Positions 9,808 through 19,298 of a stretch of 64,000 nt of DNA are shown here, in pieces. Made by a program: the position numbers and the translations under genes. Origin of the DNA: a virus (Duplodnaviria; Caudoviricetes); IMG/VR virus record IMGVR_UViG_3300024252_000005; one strand, given 5' to 3'. The notes beneath the pieces are model-generated. The model was not told the DNA's origin, searched no databases, and worked only from the letters and a program-made list of their open reading frames with translations. Position 1 is the stretch's first letter; each line of letters starts with the position of its first letter.

Positions 9808-12800
9808 ATGGCTGGACAAGGCTCAGCAAGAGTAACTCTCAGAGAAATAGATTTATCACAAGTAAGAGATCCGGAGCAATTGCCTCAAGGAGTACCAGCT
9901 GCTGTTGTTGGGCCTGCTAAAAGAGGTCCTGCTTTTGTCCCCAAGACATTTGCAACAATTCAGCAGTTTGAAGAGACTTTTGGCTCACTAAGACAAGTTG
10001 ATCGTGAAAGCAACGCAAATAGATTTGGTCCTTTAGCACTTAATGAGTGGATGAGAAATGCGCAAGCAGGAACTTTTCTTCGCGTTTTAGGTGTTGGTAG
10101 TGGAACAGGTCAAAAAGATTCTTCAGGACGCGTAGCAGGAGCTGGCTTTGTTGTTGGTGACAAGGTATCACATGATGCTAGCAATGATTTGCAAAATAAC
10201 CCGCATGCAGCAATTGCTAATACAGATGTTGTTGGTGCAACAAAAGCAGGAAGAACACATTTTCTTGGCTGTTTTATGAAAGATGAAGCAGGTAGCACAT
10301 TTTTGCAAGATGCAGGAATTCAAACAGGAGGAGCTGCAGCTACTTTGGTTATTGAACTAGGTGCTCAACCTATAGTTGGTGATACAATTAAGCTCGATGG
10401 CGTTGATACAACCGGTGATCTTAATGGTGACGTCACTTTTACTTTTGGAGGTGAAGGAGGTCAATCTGCAATAGGCGCTAATGTTGTTGCAACACTTCAA
10501 AACTTAAAGAATAAAATTGAAGCAGACGCACAATTAGGAAATGCAGGAGCCCATCAAATTAAAGTAACAGCTGTTGAAGACGTAAACAGTAATAATGCAT
10601 TAGCTAGAGTAACACTAGAGTCAGCATTTCCAAATGTTTTAAATAAAACAAATGACTGTGTTGCAAAGTTTAATATAAATCCAGCAGGAGAAGGTAATGA
10701 CTTACTGGTAAAAGTTGGTGATAAAACAGCTTCTGTGACTGGTGCTACTTTTAATTACGGACAAGAAGGTGGTAGTGGAGCAAAATGCGTAATCACAATT
10801 ACAGATGTTCCTGCTAATAATTCAAGTTTAGAGCTTAAATCGTTAGACAACGACAATCTTGGAGGACTAACATCAGCTACTGTAGTTTATGCATTTAAAA
10901 GTGCATCTGTTACTGACGCTGATCAAACTTCAGGTGAAACCGGAAGATACTCTTCTAATGAAACTAACTCTGTTTTTGTTGATGCTAGCGGAACTAAAGA
11001 ACAAGCACTAGCAAATTTAAAAGCAGCTTTAGATAGAGCAGTTTCAAATCACACAGGAAAATATACAACATCTATTTCTGACGATGGACTTTCTTTAACA
11101 GTAATACAAAAACAAAAAGGAAAAGCTGGCCGTGCCGATCACTCTGGTAGCGCAAATGTTTCACTAACCAATCAAGTCTCTAACTTGCAAATAAGCGTAG
11201 GATCAGATGCAACTGATAGAACTTCGGGAGATGCAACTGCAGAATTTGGAACAGGAAGAACTTCAGGTTTTTTCTTTGGCGGAGATAATGCAGGTTCTAC
11301 ATCGTTTACAATGACACTTACAGGTCAGCCTAATGATAATGATCATATAAAAATTAGAGCACTTGATAATAATCATTCAAGTCTTACTAATGAAAATTTT
11401 GTCTTTGAATCTGTTACAAATGCAAGTGGTAGAGTTAACGGTCAAAAGACGGGTAATCCAGGAGCTGCTCTTGCCTTTAATGGATCAGATCCAAATAATC
11501 ACTTCATAACAGTTATAATAGGCGATGACTTACAAGAAACTTTGTATAATTTTAAAAATGCTCTTAAGCATTCTAATACAGTTAATACAAAAACTGACGT
11601 TACAGCTTTAGTAGATGATAATAGTAACAGTATAAAGATAACATTAAATTTTGGAAATGGTAAACTGCAAAGTGTCCTTAAAAACGTAGTAGATATAGCT
11701 GATACAGCTACTTTTACAAATCCAGCTGGTGATACACTTACAGGCAACTTTGGTCCTAAAACAGTTAACTTCACAGGCGGTGGAGGTGCAGCAGCACCAG
11801 TTGTTAGAGGCATTCTTATGTCGCCACAAGGTGTCGTTCCAACAATAGACGTTACCGATGATACTTTTAACGGGACAGACGGAGGAGGCTTTGCAGAGTT
11901 AACTCATCTAAGGGTTACAGCAGCAAGTGGTGCAAATATCAAGAGCTTTGGATCAACTCAAGGAACTCATTTAATGGGTTATGAGCTTGGTAAAGTTGAC
12001 ATATCAAGTGATCAATCTTTTACGTTGCTTCTTAACGGTTTTAGCAATACAGATGAACCTGCACAACTATCATGCTCTTTTAATCCTGAAAGTGTTAACT
12101 ACTTCGCAAAAGTGTTAAATACAGATCCAGAAAAAATTGAAGAAAGAGGTCACTATCTTTATTCACATTGGGATATTGATCCTGCAGTAGCTAAAGTAAA
12201 TGTTTCTGGCGTACTATCAGCGGCAGGAACAACAACAACTGAAGAAAACGCAGCTTTCTGCTTGCACTCAACAGGAGCAAGAGCAACTGAAGCAGCTAAC
12301 TCTCCTGCATTTGAAAAGTTTGATACAAGATTTAGAACTGCTAGATCTCCATGGATTACTTCACAAAAATCTTTAGATCAAAAGTTATTTAGACTTTACT
12401 CTTTAGATGATGGTGCTGTTGGCAACGATAGATTTAGAATTTTAATATCTAACATTAGAGCAGGTGCAACATTAGAAGACTACGGTTTCTTTGACTTAAC
12501 TTTAGAAGATTTCTATAGTGATCCAGTAAGTGGAGAAGCTTTAGTAGCTTGGAAAAATTTAACACTTGATCCTGATAGCAGAAACTTTATTGGTAGAGTT
12601 ATTGGCGATAAACACATGTATTATGACTTCGATAGAGATCTAAGTAGACAAAGACTTGTTGAAGAAGGTATGTTTGAAGTTAGAAACAAATATGTAAGAG
12701 TAGAATTATCAGATGCAGTTAAATCTGCTGACGTTCCTAAGTCTACTTTGCCTTGCGGATTCTCAGACTATACAGCATTAAACCTAAGAGCAAAAACTGG

Positions 12801-14247
12801 GTTGTTCGATGAATCAGGAACAGTTCAACTAGCTGGAACTACTTTTGACTCAATGCATGTAACACCTTTACCCCTAGTAAAGAATATAACAAGATCTATT
12901 TCTTCAACAGTAAAAGAAGCATCTGACGCGTTGGCTTGGGGTGTTAAGTTTGCAAAGAAGAAGTCAGCAGCTGATCATAATGAATTAGGTGAAATAAGAT
13001 TTAATCCTAGTATTAAGTCTTGGACGTCTTACATACCTGACTTAGGTTCTGATGCTGGTGGAAAGTTTGCGCTGTCTTCAACAGAAAAGTTTTCTTTAGA
13101 AAATATTGTTTTAACAAGCGTTTCAAACTATAGTGCTTTAGACTGGTCAACATCAGAGTATGCTAGAAAAGGTTCTTTGGGCGGCAAGAGCAATATTGTT
13201 TTAAGCGAAGCAGCTAAAGTTGGTAGAAACGTTAGATATCTTAAGTTCCGTTGCTTAATGCAAGGTGGATTTGATGGTGTTAACATCTTTAATAAAGATA
13301 AAGCAGCAATGAATTCAGCAGCAGCATTTAGAGAAGCAAACGAAGAGTCAACTGGCTTATTCACAGGACCAACAGTTGAGACTTTCAAGAGAGCAATCGA
13401 TGTTTTATCTGACAAGAGTGCTACAGAGTTCCAGTTGCTAGCAATTCCAGATATGCGTGAGCCACTTGTTACTGACTATGCAATTACAGCTTGTGAAAGC
13501 AGATTTGATGCAATGTTAGTTATGGATATACAGGAAATAGAAGAGGGTAACGAAGTCATCCTTGATTCTGCAATAAAACCACACGTAGGAAATATTATAA
13601 CTAAGTTTGATGCTAGAAATCTTGACACATCATTTGCTGCAGCATACTTTCCTGATGTTTTGACAAGAAGACCATCGAATGGTTCGCCATTACAGGTCCC
13701 ACCATCAGTTTGCATGTTAGGCGTTATGAGTCAAAATGATACATTGGCTGATCCTTGGTTTGCTCCAGCAGGTCTTACAAGAGGTAGATTAAATGCAGTT
13801 AACTCAAAAGTTCAGATGAACAGAGATGTTTTGAACGATCTTTATGATGCTGATATCAATCCTATCTATGAGCCAGCTGGCAGAGCAGGAGAAGTTTATG
13901 CATTTGGACAGAAGACACTACTTCAAAATCAGTCAGCGCTTGATAGAGTTAATGTAAGAAGACTTTTGATTAACATTCGTAGAAGAGTTAAGGCAATTGC
14001 TAATACATTGTTATTTGAGCCAAATAGAGCATCAACGTTGGCAAGATTTAGTTCACTAGTTGAACCAATCATGGCAGATGTGCAGGCTAGACAAGGTGTT
14101 GAGAGATATAAAGTCCAAATTGATACTTCTACAACAACACAAAATGACGTTGAAAACAACACGATTAGAGGAAAGATTTACTTGCAGCCTACCAAGTCTG
14201 TAGAGTTTATTTCTTTAGACTTTGTTGTAACAAACTCAATTGATTAA
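9808..14247 (+). CDS. Tail sheath protein 2 with large repeat-domain insertion
   Basis: PWFAPAGLTRG, FGQKT, LDRVNVRRL, PTKSVEFISLDF; about 490 aa insertion at 10330-11790. Confidence 0.92.
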   Translation: MAGQGSARVTLREIDLSQVRDPEQLPQGVPAAVVGPAKRGPAFVPKTFATIQQFEETFGSLRQVDRESNANRFGPLALNEWMRNAQAGTFLRVLGVGSGTGQKDSSGRVAGAGFVVGDKVSHDASNDLQNNPHAAIANTDVVGATKAGRTHFLGCFMKDEAGSTFLQDAGIQTGGAAATLVIELGAQPIVGDTIKLDGVDTTGDLNGDVTFTFGGEGGQSAIGANVVATLQNLKNKIEADAQLGNAGAHQIKVTAVEDVNSNNALARVTLESAFPNVLNKTNDCVAKFNINPAGEGNDLLVKVGDKTASVTGATFNYGQEGGSGAKCVITITDVPANNSSLELKSLDNDNLGGLTSATVVYAFKSASVTDADQTSGETGRYSSNETNSVFVDASGTKEQALANLKAALDRAVSNHTGKYTTSISDDGLSLTVIQKQKGKAGRADHSGSANVSLTNQVSNLQISVGSDATDRTSGDATAEFGTGRTSGFFFGGDNAGSTSFTMTLTGQPNDNDHIKIRALDNNHSSLTNENFVFESVTNASGRVNGQKTGNPGAALAFNGSDPNNHFITVIIGDDLQETLYNFKNALKHSNTVNTKTDVTALVDDNSNSIKITLNFGNGKLQSVLKNVVDIADTATFTNPAGDTLTGNFGPKTVNFTGGGGAAAPVVRGILMSPQGVVPTIDVTDDTFNGTDGGGFAELTHLRVTAASGANIKSFGSTQGTHLMGYELGKVDISSDQSFTLLLNGFSNTDEPAQLSCSFNPESVNYFAKVLNTDPEKIEERGHYLYSHWDIDPAVAKVNVSGVLSAAGTTTTEENAAFCLHSTGARATEAANSPAFEKFDTRFRTARSPWITSQKSLDQKLFRLYSLDDGAVGNDRFRILISNIRAGATLEDYGFFDLTLEDFYSDPVSGEALVAWKNLTLDPDSRNFIGRVIGDKHMYYDFDRDLSRQRLVEEGMFEVRNKYVRVELSDAVKSADVPKSTLPCGFSDYTALNLRAKTGLFDESGTVQLAGTTFDSMHVTPLPLVKNITRSISSTVKEASDALAWGVKFAKKKSAADHNELGEIRFNPSIKSWTSYIPDLGSDAGGKFALSSTEKFSLENIVLTSVSNYSALDWSTSEYARKGSLGGKSNIVLSEAAKVGRNVRYLKFRCLMQGGFDGVNIFNKDKAAMNSAAAFREANEESTGLFTGPTVETFKRAIDVLSDKSATEFQLLAIPDMREPLVTDYAITACESRFDAMLVMDIQEIEEGNEVILDSAIKPHVGNIITKFDARNLDTSFAAAYFPDVLTRRPSNGSPLQVPPSVCMLGVMSQNDTLADPWFAPAGLTRGRLNAVNSKVQMNRDVLNDLYDADINPIYEPAGRAGEVYAFGQKTLLQNQSALDRVNVRRLLINIRRRVKAIANTLLFEPNRASTLARFSSLVEPIMADVQARQGVERYKVQIDTSTTTQNDVENNTIRGKIYLQPTKSVEFISLDFVVTNSID

Positions 14248-14284
14248 TATATAGATATATAAAGAATTTTAGGAGATAAAAGAA

Positions 14285-14773
14285 ATGGCAGAGACACTTT
14301 CAGTCACGGAAATGATTCCAAATAAGTTTGAGCCAAAAAGAAAGAATCGATGGATCTTTGCGATTGAAGGTATCGATGCCTTTCTTATTAAGTCAGCAGC
14401 TCGTCCACAATACTCAACAAACGAGACAACTATTAACTTTATGAATAGTACTCGTTATCTTGCAGGAAAGACAACATTTCAAAATATCAGTGTTGTACTT
14501 TATGATCCAATCGCACCTAGTGGTTCACAACAAGTTATGGAATGGATTCGTACACACTTTGAGTCTGTAAGTGGTCGTAGTGGATATGCAGATTTCTATA
14601 AGAGAGATTGCCAGCTTAAAATGCTTGATCCTGTAGGTACTGTTGTTGAATTATGGGATATTAAGGGCGCATATCTTGCAAGTGCAAACTTTGGAGATGT
14701 TAGCTACGATGATGACGGAGCAATGGAAATCACAATGGATCTTAGATTCGACAACTGTGTATTGCAATACTAA
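14285..14773 (+). CDS. Tail tube protein
   Basis: 162 aa, follows the sheath; FEPKRKNRW, LKMLDPVG..VE.W.I.GA motifs of T4 gp19-like tubes. Confidence 0.88.
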   Translation: MAETLSVTEMIPNKFEPKRKNRWIFAIEGIDAFLIKSAARPQYSTNETTINFMNSTRYLAGKTTFQNISVVLYDPIAPSGSQQVMEWIRTHFESVSGRSGYADFYKRDCQLKMLDPVGTVVELWDIKGAYLASANFGDVSYDDDGAMEITMDLRFDNCVLQY

Positions 14774-14795
14774 TCATTTAGCAAGTTAACTTTAT

Positions 14796-14845
14796 ACCTC
14801 TTAGAGTTATGCAGATTAATCCCTGTTTTGCTTTAAGAGGTTGTT
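14796..14845 (+). terminator. Probable terminator after tail tube gene
   Basis: ACCTCTTAGAG / CTTTAAGAGGT inverted repeat with one G-U pair. Confidence 0.45.
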
Positions 14846-14925
14846 AGTATTTATATATTAAATTAATTTTAAAAGAAAACAGAACCTACTTATAAATACT
14901 ATTATAAGATAAAAACAGGTTTAAT

Positions 14926-17900
14926 ATGTCACAATTTAGAAATGATGAAAATATTGATGCTAATCAAAGCTCTTCAAGAGAATTTAAAGAAGAAAATGAA
15001 ATTTCTTTAACTGATGATACTTTAGGGCTTATTGGGACATCTTTAAAAGGACCAGCATTTGTTCCTCATACTTTTCAAGAATTTGGAAAGAGTGATGATG
15101 TTTTAAACACATACGAAAATGTATTTGGATCACCACTTGATATGGATCATCCTGATCTATCACCACTTTCAGCGCAAGAGTGGTTTAATCAGGGAGGAGA
15201 GCAATTAGCATTTACAAGAGTTTTAGGGATTGGAAAAACAGGCATACCGAATAATGAAGGAATTGTTGAAGGTAGCGGATTTATTGTAGGTGGTAATGTT
15301 GTAAGTGGAAGTATTAACGAAGGATATTCTGAATATAATAAGTTTGCTACTGCTGGAGGTAGTAATGGAAAGACTAACTTTATAGGTGGTCATTATAAAA
15401 ATAAGCAGTATACAGGAATTGAAAATGGTGTTACAAAAATTGCACCTTTTAATGATTATCTAGAACAAATAGGAGAAAGTCAAAGCTCAGTATCTTTAAT
15501 AACTGACGTTTTGTTTTGTCCACAAGGAACAAAAATTCTTTTACAAAAAGACAACACACAAAATGGACTTCAAAGTTTAGTTAGACTAAGAGAAAATATA
15601 GTTTTACAAAGTTTTAGCGATGCAACTCTATCGTTTAATACAAATATACAATATCCTTACTTGTTTATAAAAGGTCTTGGCAACAAAGACTTTAATGTAT
15701 TGAAAGATTACAAAAGAATAAGATATGTTAAAAAAAGAGAGTTTAGAGAATCATATATAAATAACGACTTAAGTTACTTTTTAGATAAAGGTAACTTAAG
15801 ATACGCAAATTTTAGCTTAAACTTTTTAGATAATTTATCTTTTGAAAGTAATAAAAATTTTATTTTTAACGGTAGTTCTAACTCAATAAGTTATGAAGAT
15901 TTTCAAAGTTCTTATAAAAGCGCGTCTACTAGCTGGATAGTTTCTCAGCCTACAAATAGAGAAAATATTTCTGACAATAGAGTTAATATGCATAATAATT
16001 GTGTTAAGTTATTTAAATTTCATGCAATTGATGATGGAGAAATTAGTAATAGATACAGAATAAGAATTACACCAAAAAAGTTAGGTAATGTAAAAACAGA
16101 AGATTGGTCAATTTTTGACGTTGCAGTTTGGGAATACAATAAAAAAGAAAATACTTTTATAGATCTATTTAAATTTACAGATCTAAATTTAGATCCAGAT
16201 AGTGAAAGCTATATTGGTCTTGTATTTGGAACACAAAAAACTTACTTTGATTTTAACGAAAATGAAGTAATAACTTCAGGAAGATACAAACAAACAAATA
16301 ATCATTTAATAGTTGAAATAAACGAAAAAATAGAGTTTAAAGACGTAAAATCATACGAATTAATGCCTTCTGGTTTTATGCCGTATCCTAGAATAAATAC
16401 TTCTGGCATTACTAATCCTGAAAATTACAATGTTTTACAAAAGCCTGTTGATTATGTTTGGAATATATTAATTGGAAAAGAAGATAAACTAATAAAAGAA
16501 AAATATTGGGGTGTGCTTTTTGATAATATCAGTACAGAACAAATAGACAAAACAATACTTAATAATGTTTATAAATTTAAATTAATAAAAAAAGAAAAAA
16601 GTAATAATTTTAGAAACTATTACTGGTATACAAAGTATTTTCAAGATAACTATTTAGTTAAGTCAAAGAACGTTTGGGTTAGAGACTTAGAAGATAATGA
16701 TAGTGACTTAACTAATTCATTTTTCCATTTAGAAAAAATAATGTATATTCCTGCAGAAGAAGATGATCCAGTTCAAAAAAACTGGGAAATTGCAATGTAT
16801 AGAAGAGATGGTAAAAAAATAAGTGATATTACTTCTTTAAGTAGTCTAAAAATTCAATACAAGTATGTTAATATTGATGAATTGTTAAAGTCTGATGATG
16901 AAAACAATTCTATACATTCAGAATATTTATCATTTGACTTTTTTACATGTGGTGGCTTTGATGGAGTTAATATATTAGATAATGATAAAAGGCTAATGAG
17001 TCAAACAGCATTAGTAAAAGAGTTAGAAGACGAAAATCAAAATGGTCAAATTGAAGGACCAACATATTTTACTTACAAAAAAGCACACGATATAATGGTT
17101 GATGACGCCAATTCAGAGTTTGACATATTGTCTATACCCACTATAGGCCATCATTATTTAAATAAGAAAATATCTACTGAAGCAAATAAAAAAGGTCGAT
17201 ATCTAACAGTATTAAACTCTCCAGAATATAGTAATCATGTAGACAATACAGGTATTAACAACATACCAACTTCTGCGGGTATTATAAAAGATTATAATCA
17301 CTTTTACATAGAACCTGGAGAAAGTGATGTAAATGAAAGATTTAAAACAAAACCTAATATTGGCAAGTATATAGATTCTGGTACTATGACTTCTTTAGAT
17401 AGTATTAAAAATAATTATTATGATAATAGATATACGTTAAATGTTTTAAATACATCAGAAGGTTTTTTAGATAACGAGCTTTATGAAGATAAAAGATTTG
17501 TTGTTATGCCTGCGTTTATAGCAATTAAATCTTTTGCTAGTGGTATTGCTAGTGGACCAGTTGACAATGTTAATTCTTTTAATGATTCTTTAATAGAGGT
17601 AAAGAGAGTTATTAATAATTCGTTGAATTCTCCTGATACAGATGAGTATAGTAAGTTAATTAAATTTAGTCTGAAATCTGAAACAAATGCTAACTTTGTA
17701 GTTTCAAAAAGCATCTTTAATGATTCTAATATTATAAAGTTAAATTCAGGAAATACATCTTTAATAACAAGAAATAGTTTATCTAGATTTGCACATAATA
17801 CAAGAATAATCTTAAATATAAAAAAGAACATAAAGTATATGATATTTCAGAATGACTTGCTGTTTAATAATAATGCAAAAGTAAATAATATAAATACTTT

Positions 17901-18165
17901 ATTAAATTTTAGACTGAATACTTTACTTCAATCATATGTAGATCTTGGTATTATACGAGACTTTTTTGTTAAATTAAATACAGGAACATCTAACAAAGAA
18001 AAAGAAGATTATCTAGATTATATTCTTAGAAGTAGAATTGGAATATCTTTGTTTGGCAAGCTAGATAATAATATTATAGCACTTTCTTTAGATGAAATAA
18101 TAAATTCTACTCAAAATAATTTAACAGAAATATCATCAATAGATATAATGATACCATCTATATAG
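14926..18165 (+). CDS. Divergent tail sheath-like protein 3
   Basis: Keeps KGPAFVP, FTRVLG.G, DDGE, L.LDPDS, GGFDG.NI shared with sheaths 1 and 2; the C-terminal WFAPAG/FGQKT motifs are eroded. Confidence 0.75.
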   Translation: MSQFRNDENIDANQSSSREFKEENEISLTDDTLGLIGTSLKGPAFVPHTFQEFGKSDDVLNTYENVFGSPLDMDHPDLSPLSAQEWFNQGGEQLAFTRVLGIGKTGIPNNEGIVEGSGFIVGGNVVSGSINEGYSEYNKFATAGGSNGKTNFIGGHYKNKQYTGIENGVTKIAPFNDYLEQIGESQSSVSLITDVLFCPQGTKILLQKDNTQNGLQSLVRLRENIVLQSFSDATLSFNTNIQYPYLFIKGLGNKDFNVLKDYKRIRYVKKREFRESYINNDLSYFLDKGNLRYANFSLNFLDNLSFESNKNFIFNGSSNSISYEDFQSSYKSASTSWIVSQPTNRENISDNRVNMHNNCVKLFKFHAIDDGEISNRYRIRITPKKLGNVKTEDWSIFDVAVWEYNKKENTFIDLFKFTDLNLDPDSESYIGLVFGTQKTYFDFNENEVITSGRYKQTNNHLIVEINEKIEFKDVKSYELMPSGFMPYPRINTSGITNPENYNVLQKPVDYVWNILIGKEDKLIKEKYWGVLFDNISTEQIDKTILNNVYKFKLIKKEKSNNFRNYYWYTKYFQDNYLVKSKNVWVRDLEDNDSDLTNSFFHLEKIMYIPAEEDDPVQKNWEIAMYRRDGKKISDITSLSSLKIQYKYVNIDELLKSDDENNSIHSEYLSFDFFTCGGFDGVNILDNDKRLMSQTALVKELEDENQNGQIEGPTYFTYKKAHDIMVDDANSEFDILSIPTIGHHYLNKKISTEANKKGRYLTVLNSPEYSNHVDNTGINNIPTSAGIIKDYNHFYIEPGESDVNERFKTKPNIGKYIDSGTMTSLDSIKNNYYDNRYTLNVLNTSEGFLDNELYEDKRFVVMPAFIAIKSFASGIASGPVDNVNSFNDSLIEVKRVINNSLNSPDTDEYSKLIKFSLKSETNANFVVSKSIFNDSNIIKLNSGNTSLITRNSLSRFAHNTRIILNIKKNIKYMIFQNDLLFNNNAKVNNINTLLNFRLNTLLQSYVDLGIIRDFFVKLNTGTSNKEKEDYLDYILRSRIGISLFGKLDNNIIALSLDEIINSTQNNLTEISSIDIMIPSI

Positions 18166-18187
18166 AATAAAAACGGAGTGTATATAC

Positions 18188-19030
18188 ATGAATAATTTAG
18201 ATCAGCCTATTAATCCTGCTGAAATTAAAGATTCTGGTCCGATTCAAAAGTCAAATGTTGCAAAAGATGATTTTGGGTTAGAGATTGCTGTTGAAAGCGT
18301 GCCATTACCTTCTTTGGGAATGATTTATCCTGCAGATAGTCCTCTTCATGGTCAAGAAACATTGCAGATTAGACCAATGACAGCAAGAGAAGAAGACATT
18401 TTAACTTCTCGTGCTTACATCAAGGATGGGACTGTTATTTCAAAGCTTATTGATTCTTGTCTTGTTGATAAGAGGATTAACTCTGAAGATCTTATCTCAG
18501 GAGATCGAACAGCGCTAATGGTTGCTTTGAGAATTACTGGATATGGTGCTGATTATAACATTGAAGTTTCTTGCCCAGAATGTGGTGCAACAAACAAGAC
18601 AGAGTTTGATCTTTCGCAGCTACCTATTAAACGTCTAGAAGTTGAGCCTGTAGAAATTGGCGAGAATTTATTTGAAGTAGTTTTACCTGTGACAAAGAAA
18701 AGTGTTAGAGTTAAGTTTTTAACTGGTCATGATGAAAAAGAGATGATGATCATCAACGAAAGAAAGAAAAAGAAAGGCTTGAGTACAGATACAGGTATCA
18801 CAGATAGACTTACTAGATGTATTGAGTCTGTTGACAGCATTACAAACAAGAATAAGATTTCTTTCTTTGTCAAGAATATGCCTGTTAGAGATTCTTTAGC
18901 TCTTAGAAAGTTCTTAGATAATCAAGAGCCTGGTGTTGTTATGAAGGGTGATCTTAGATGTAACAGCTGCTTTGAAGAAAGTGAGGTAGACCTACCAATT
19001 GGTCCTTCGTTTTTTTGGCCTGAGACCTGA
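18188..19030 (+). CDS. Tail assembly chaperone / baseplate hub assembly protein
   Basis: VPLPSLG..Y, IRPMTAREEDILTS, two CxxC pairs, ends in FFWP; directly upstream of the tape measure gene. Confidence 0.7.
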   Translation: MNNLDQPINPAEIKDSGPIQKSNVAKDDFGLEIAVESVPLPSLGMIYPADSPLHGQETLQIRPMTAREEDILTSRAYIKDGTVISKLIDSCLVDKRINSEDLISGDRTALMVALRITGYGADYNIEVSCPECGATNKTEFDLSQLPIKRLEVEPVEIGENLFEVVLPVTKKSVRVKFLTGHDEKEMMIINERKKKKGLSTDTGITDRLTRCIESVDSITNKNKISFFVKNMPVRDSLALRKFLDNQEPGVVMKGDLRCNSCFEESEVDLPIGPSFFWPET

Positions 19031-19250
19031 AGATAAAGACATAATCTTAGAGTATATTTATGCATTAATTAGACATTTAGGCTTTACTTATTATGATGCT
19101 TATAATTTGCCTGTTTGGAAAAGAACGTGGTTTATAAACAAATATATCGCTGAAATGAAAGAGAGAAATGAAAAGAGGCAGAGGTCAAATGCGCCTCCAC
19201 CTAAAAATAATGCAAATACTACAGCAAGAAGACTTTTTAATAGGAAGTAA
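18999..19250 (+). CDS. Frameshift extension of the tail chaperone (lambda GT-like)
   Basis: Overlaps the chaperone 3' end in the +1 frame, only a TTG start; LIRHLGFTYYDAYNLPVWKRTWF motif. Confidence 0.6.
   Translation: MVLRFFGLRPEDKDIILEYIYALIRHLGFTYYDAYNLPVWKRTWFINKYIAEMKERNEKRQRSNAPPPKNNANTTARRLFNRK
19010..19016 (+). other. Putative programmed frameshift site (U7)
   Basis: TCG TTT TTT TGG; a shift into the +1 frame gives FFGLRPEDKD, joining the downstream ORF. Confidence 0.6.
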
Positions 19251-19298
19251 GCCAATAATTATATATTTATTAATGATTTCTTACTGTAGGAGCTTAAT

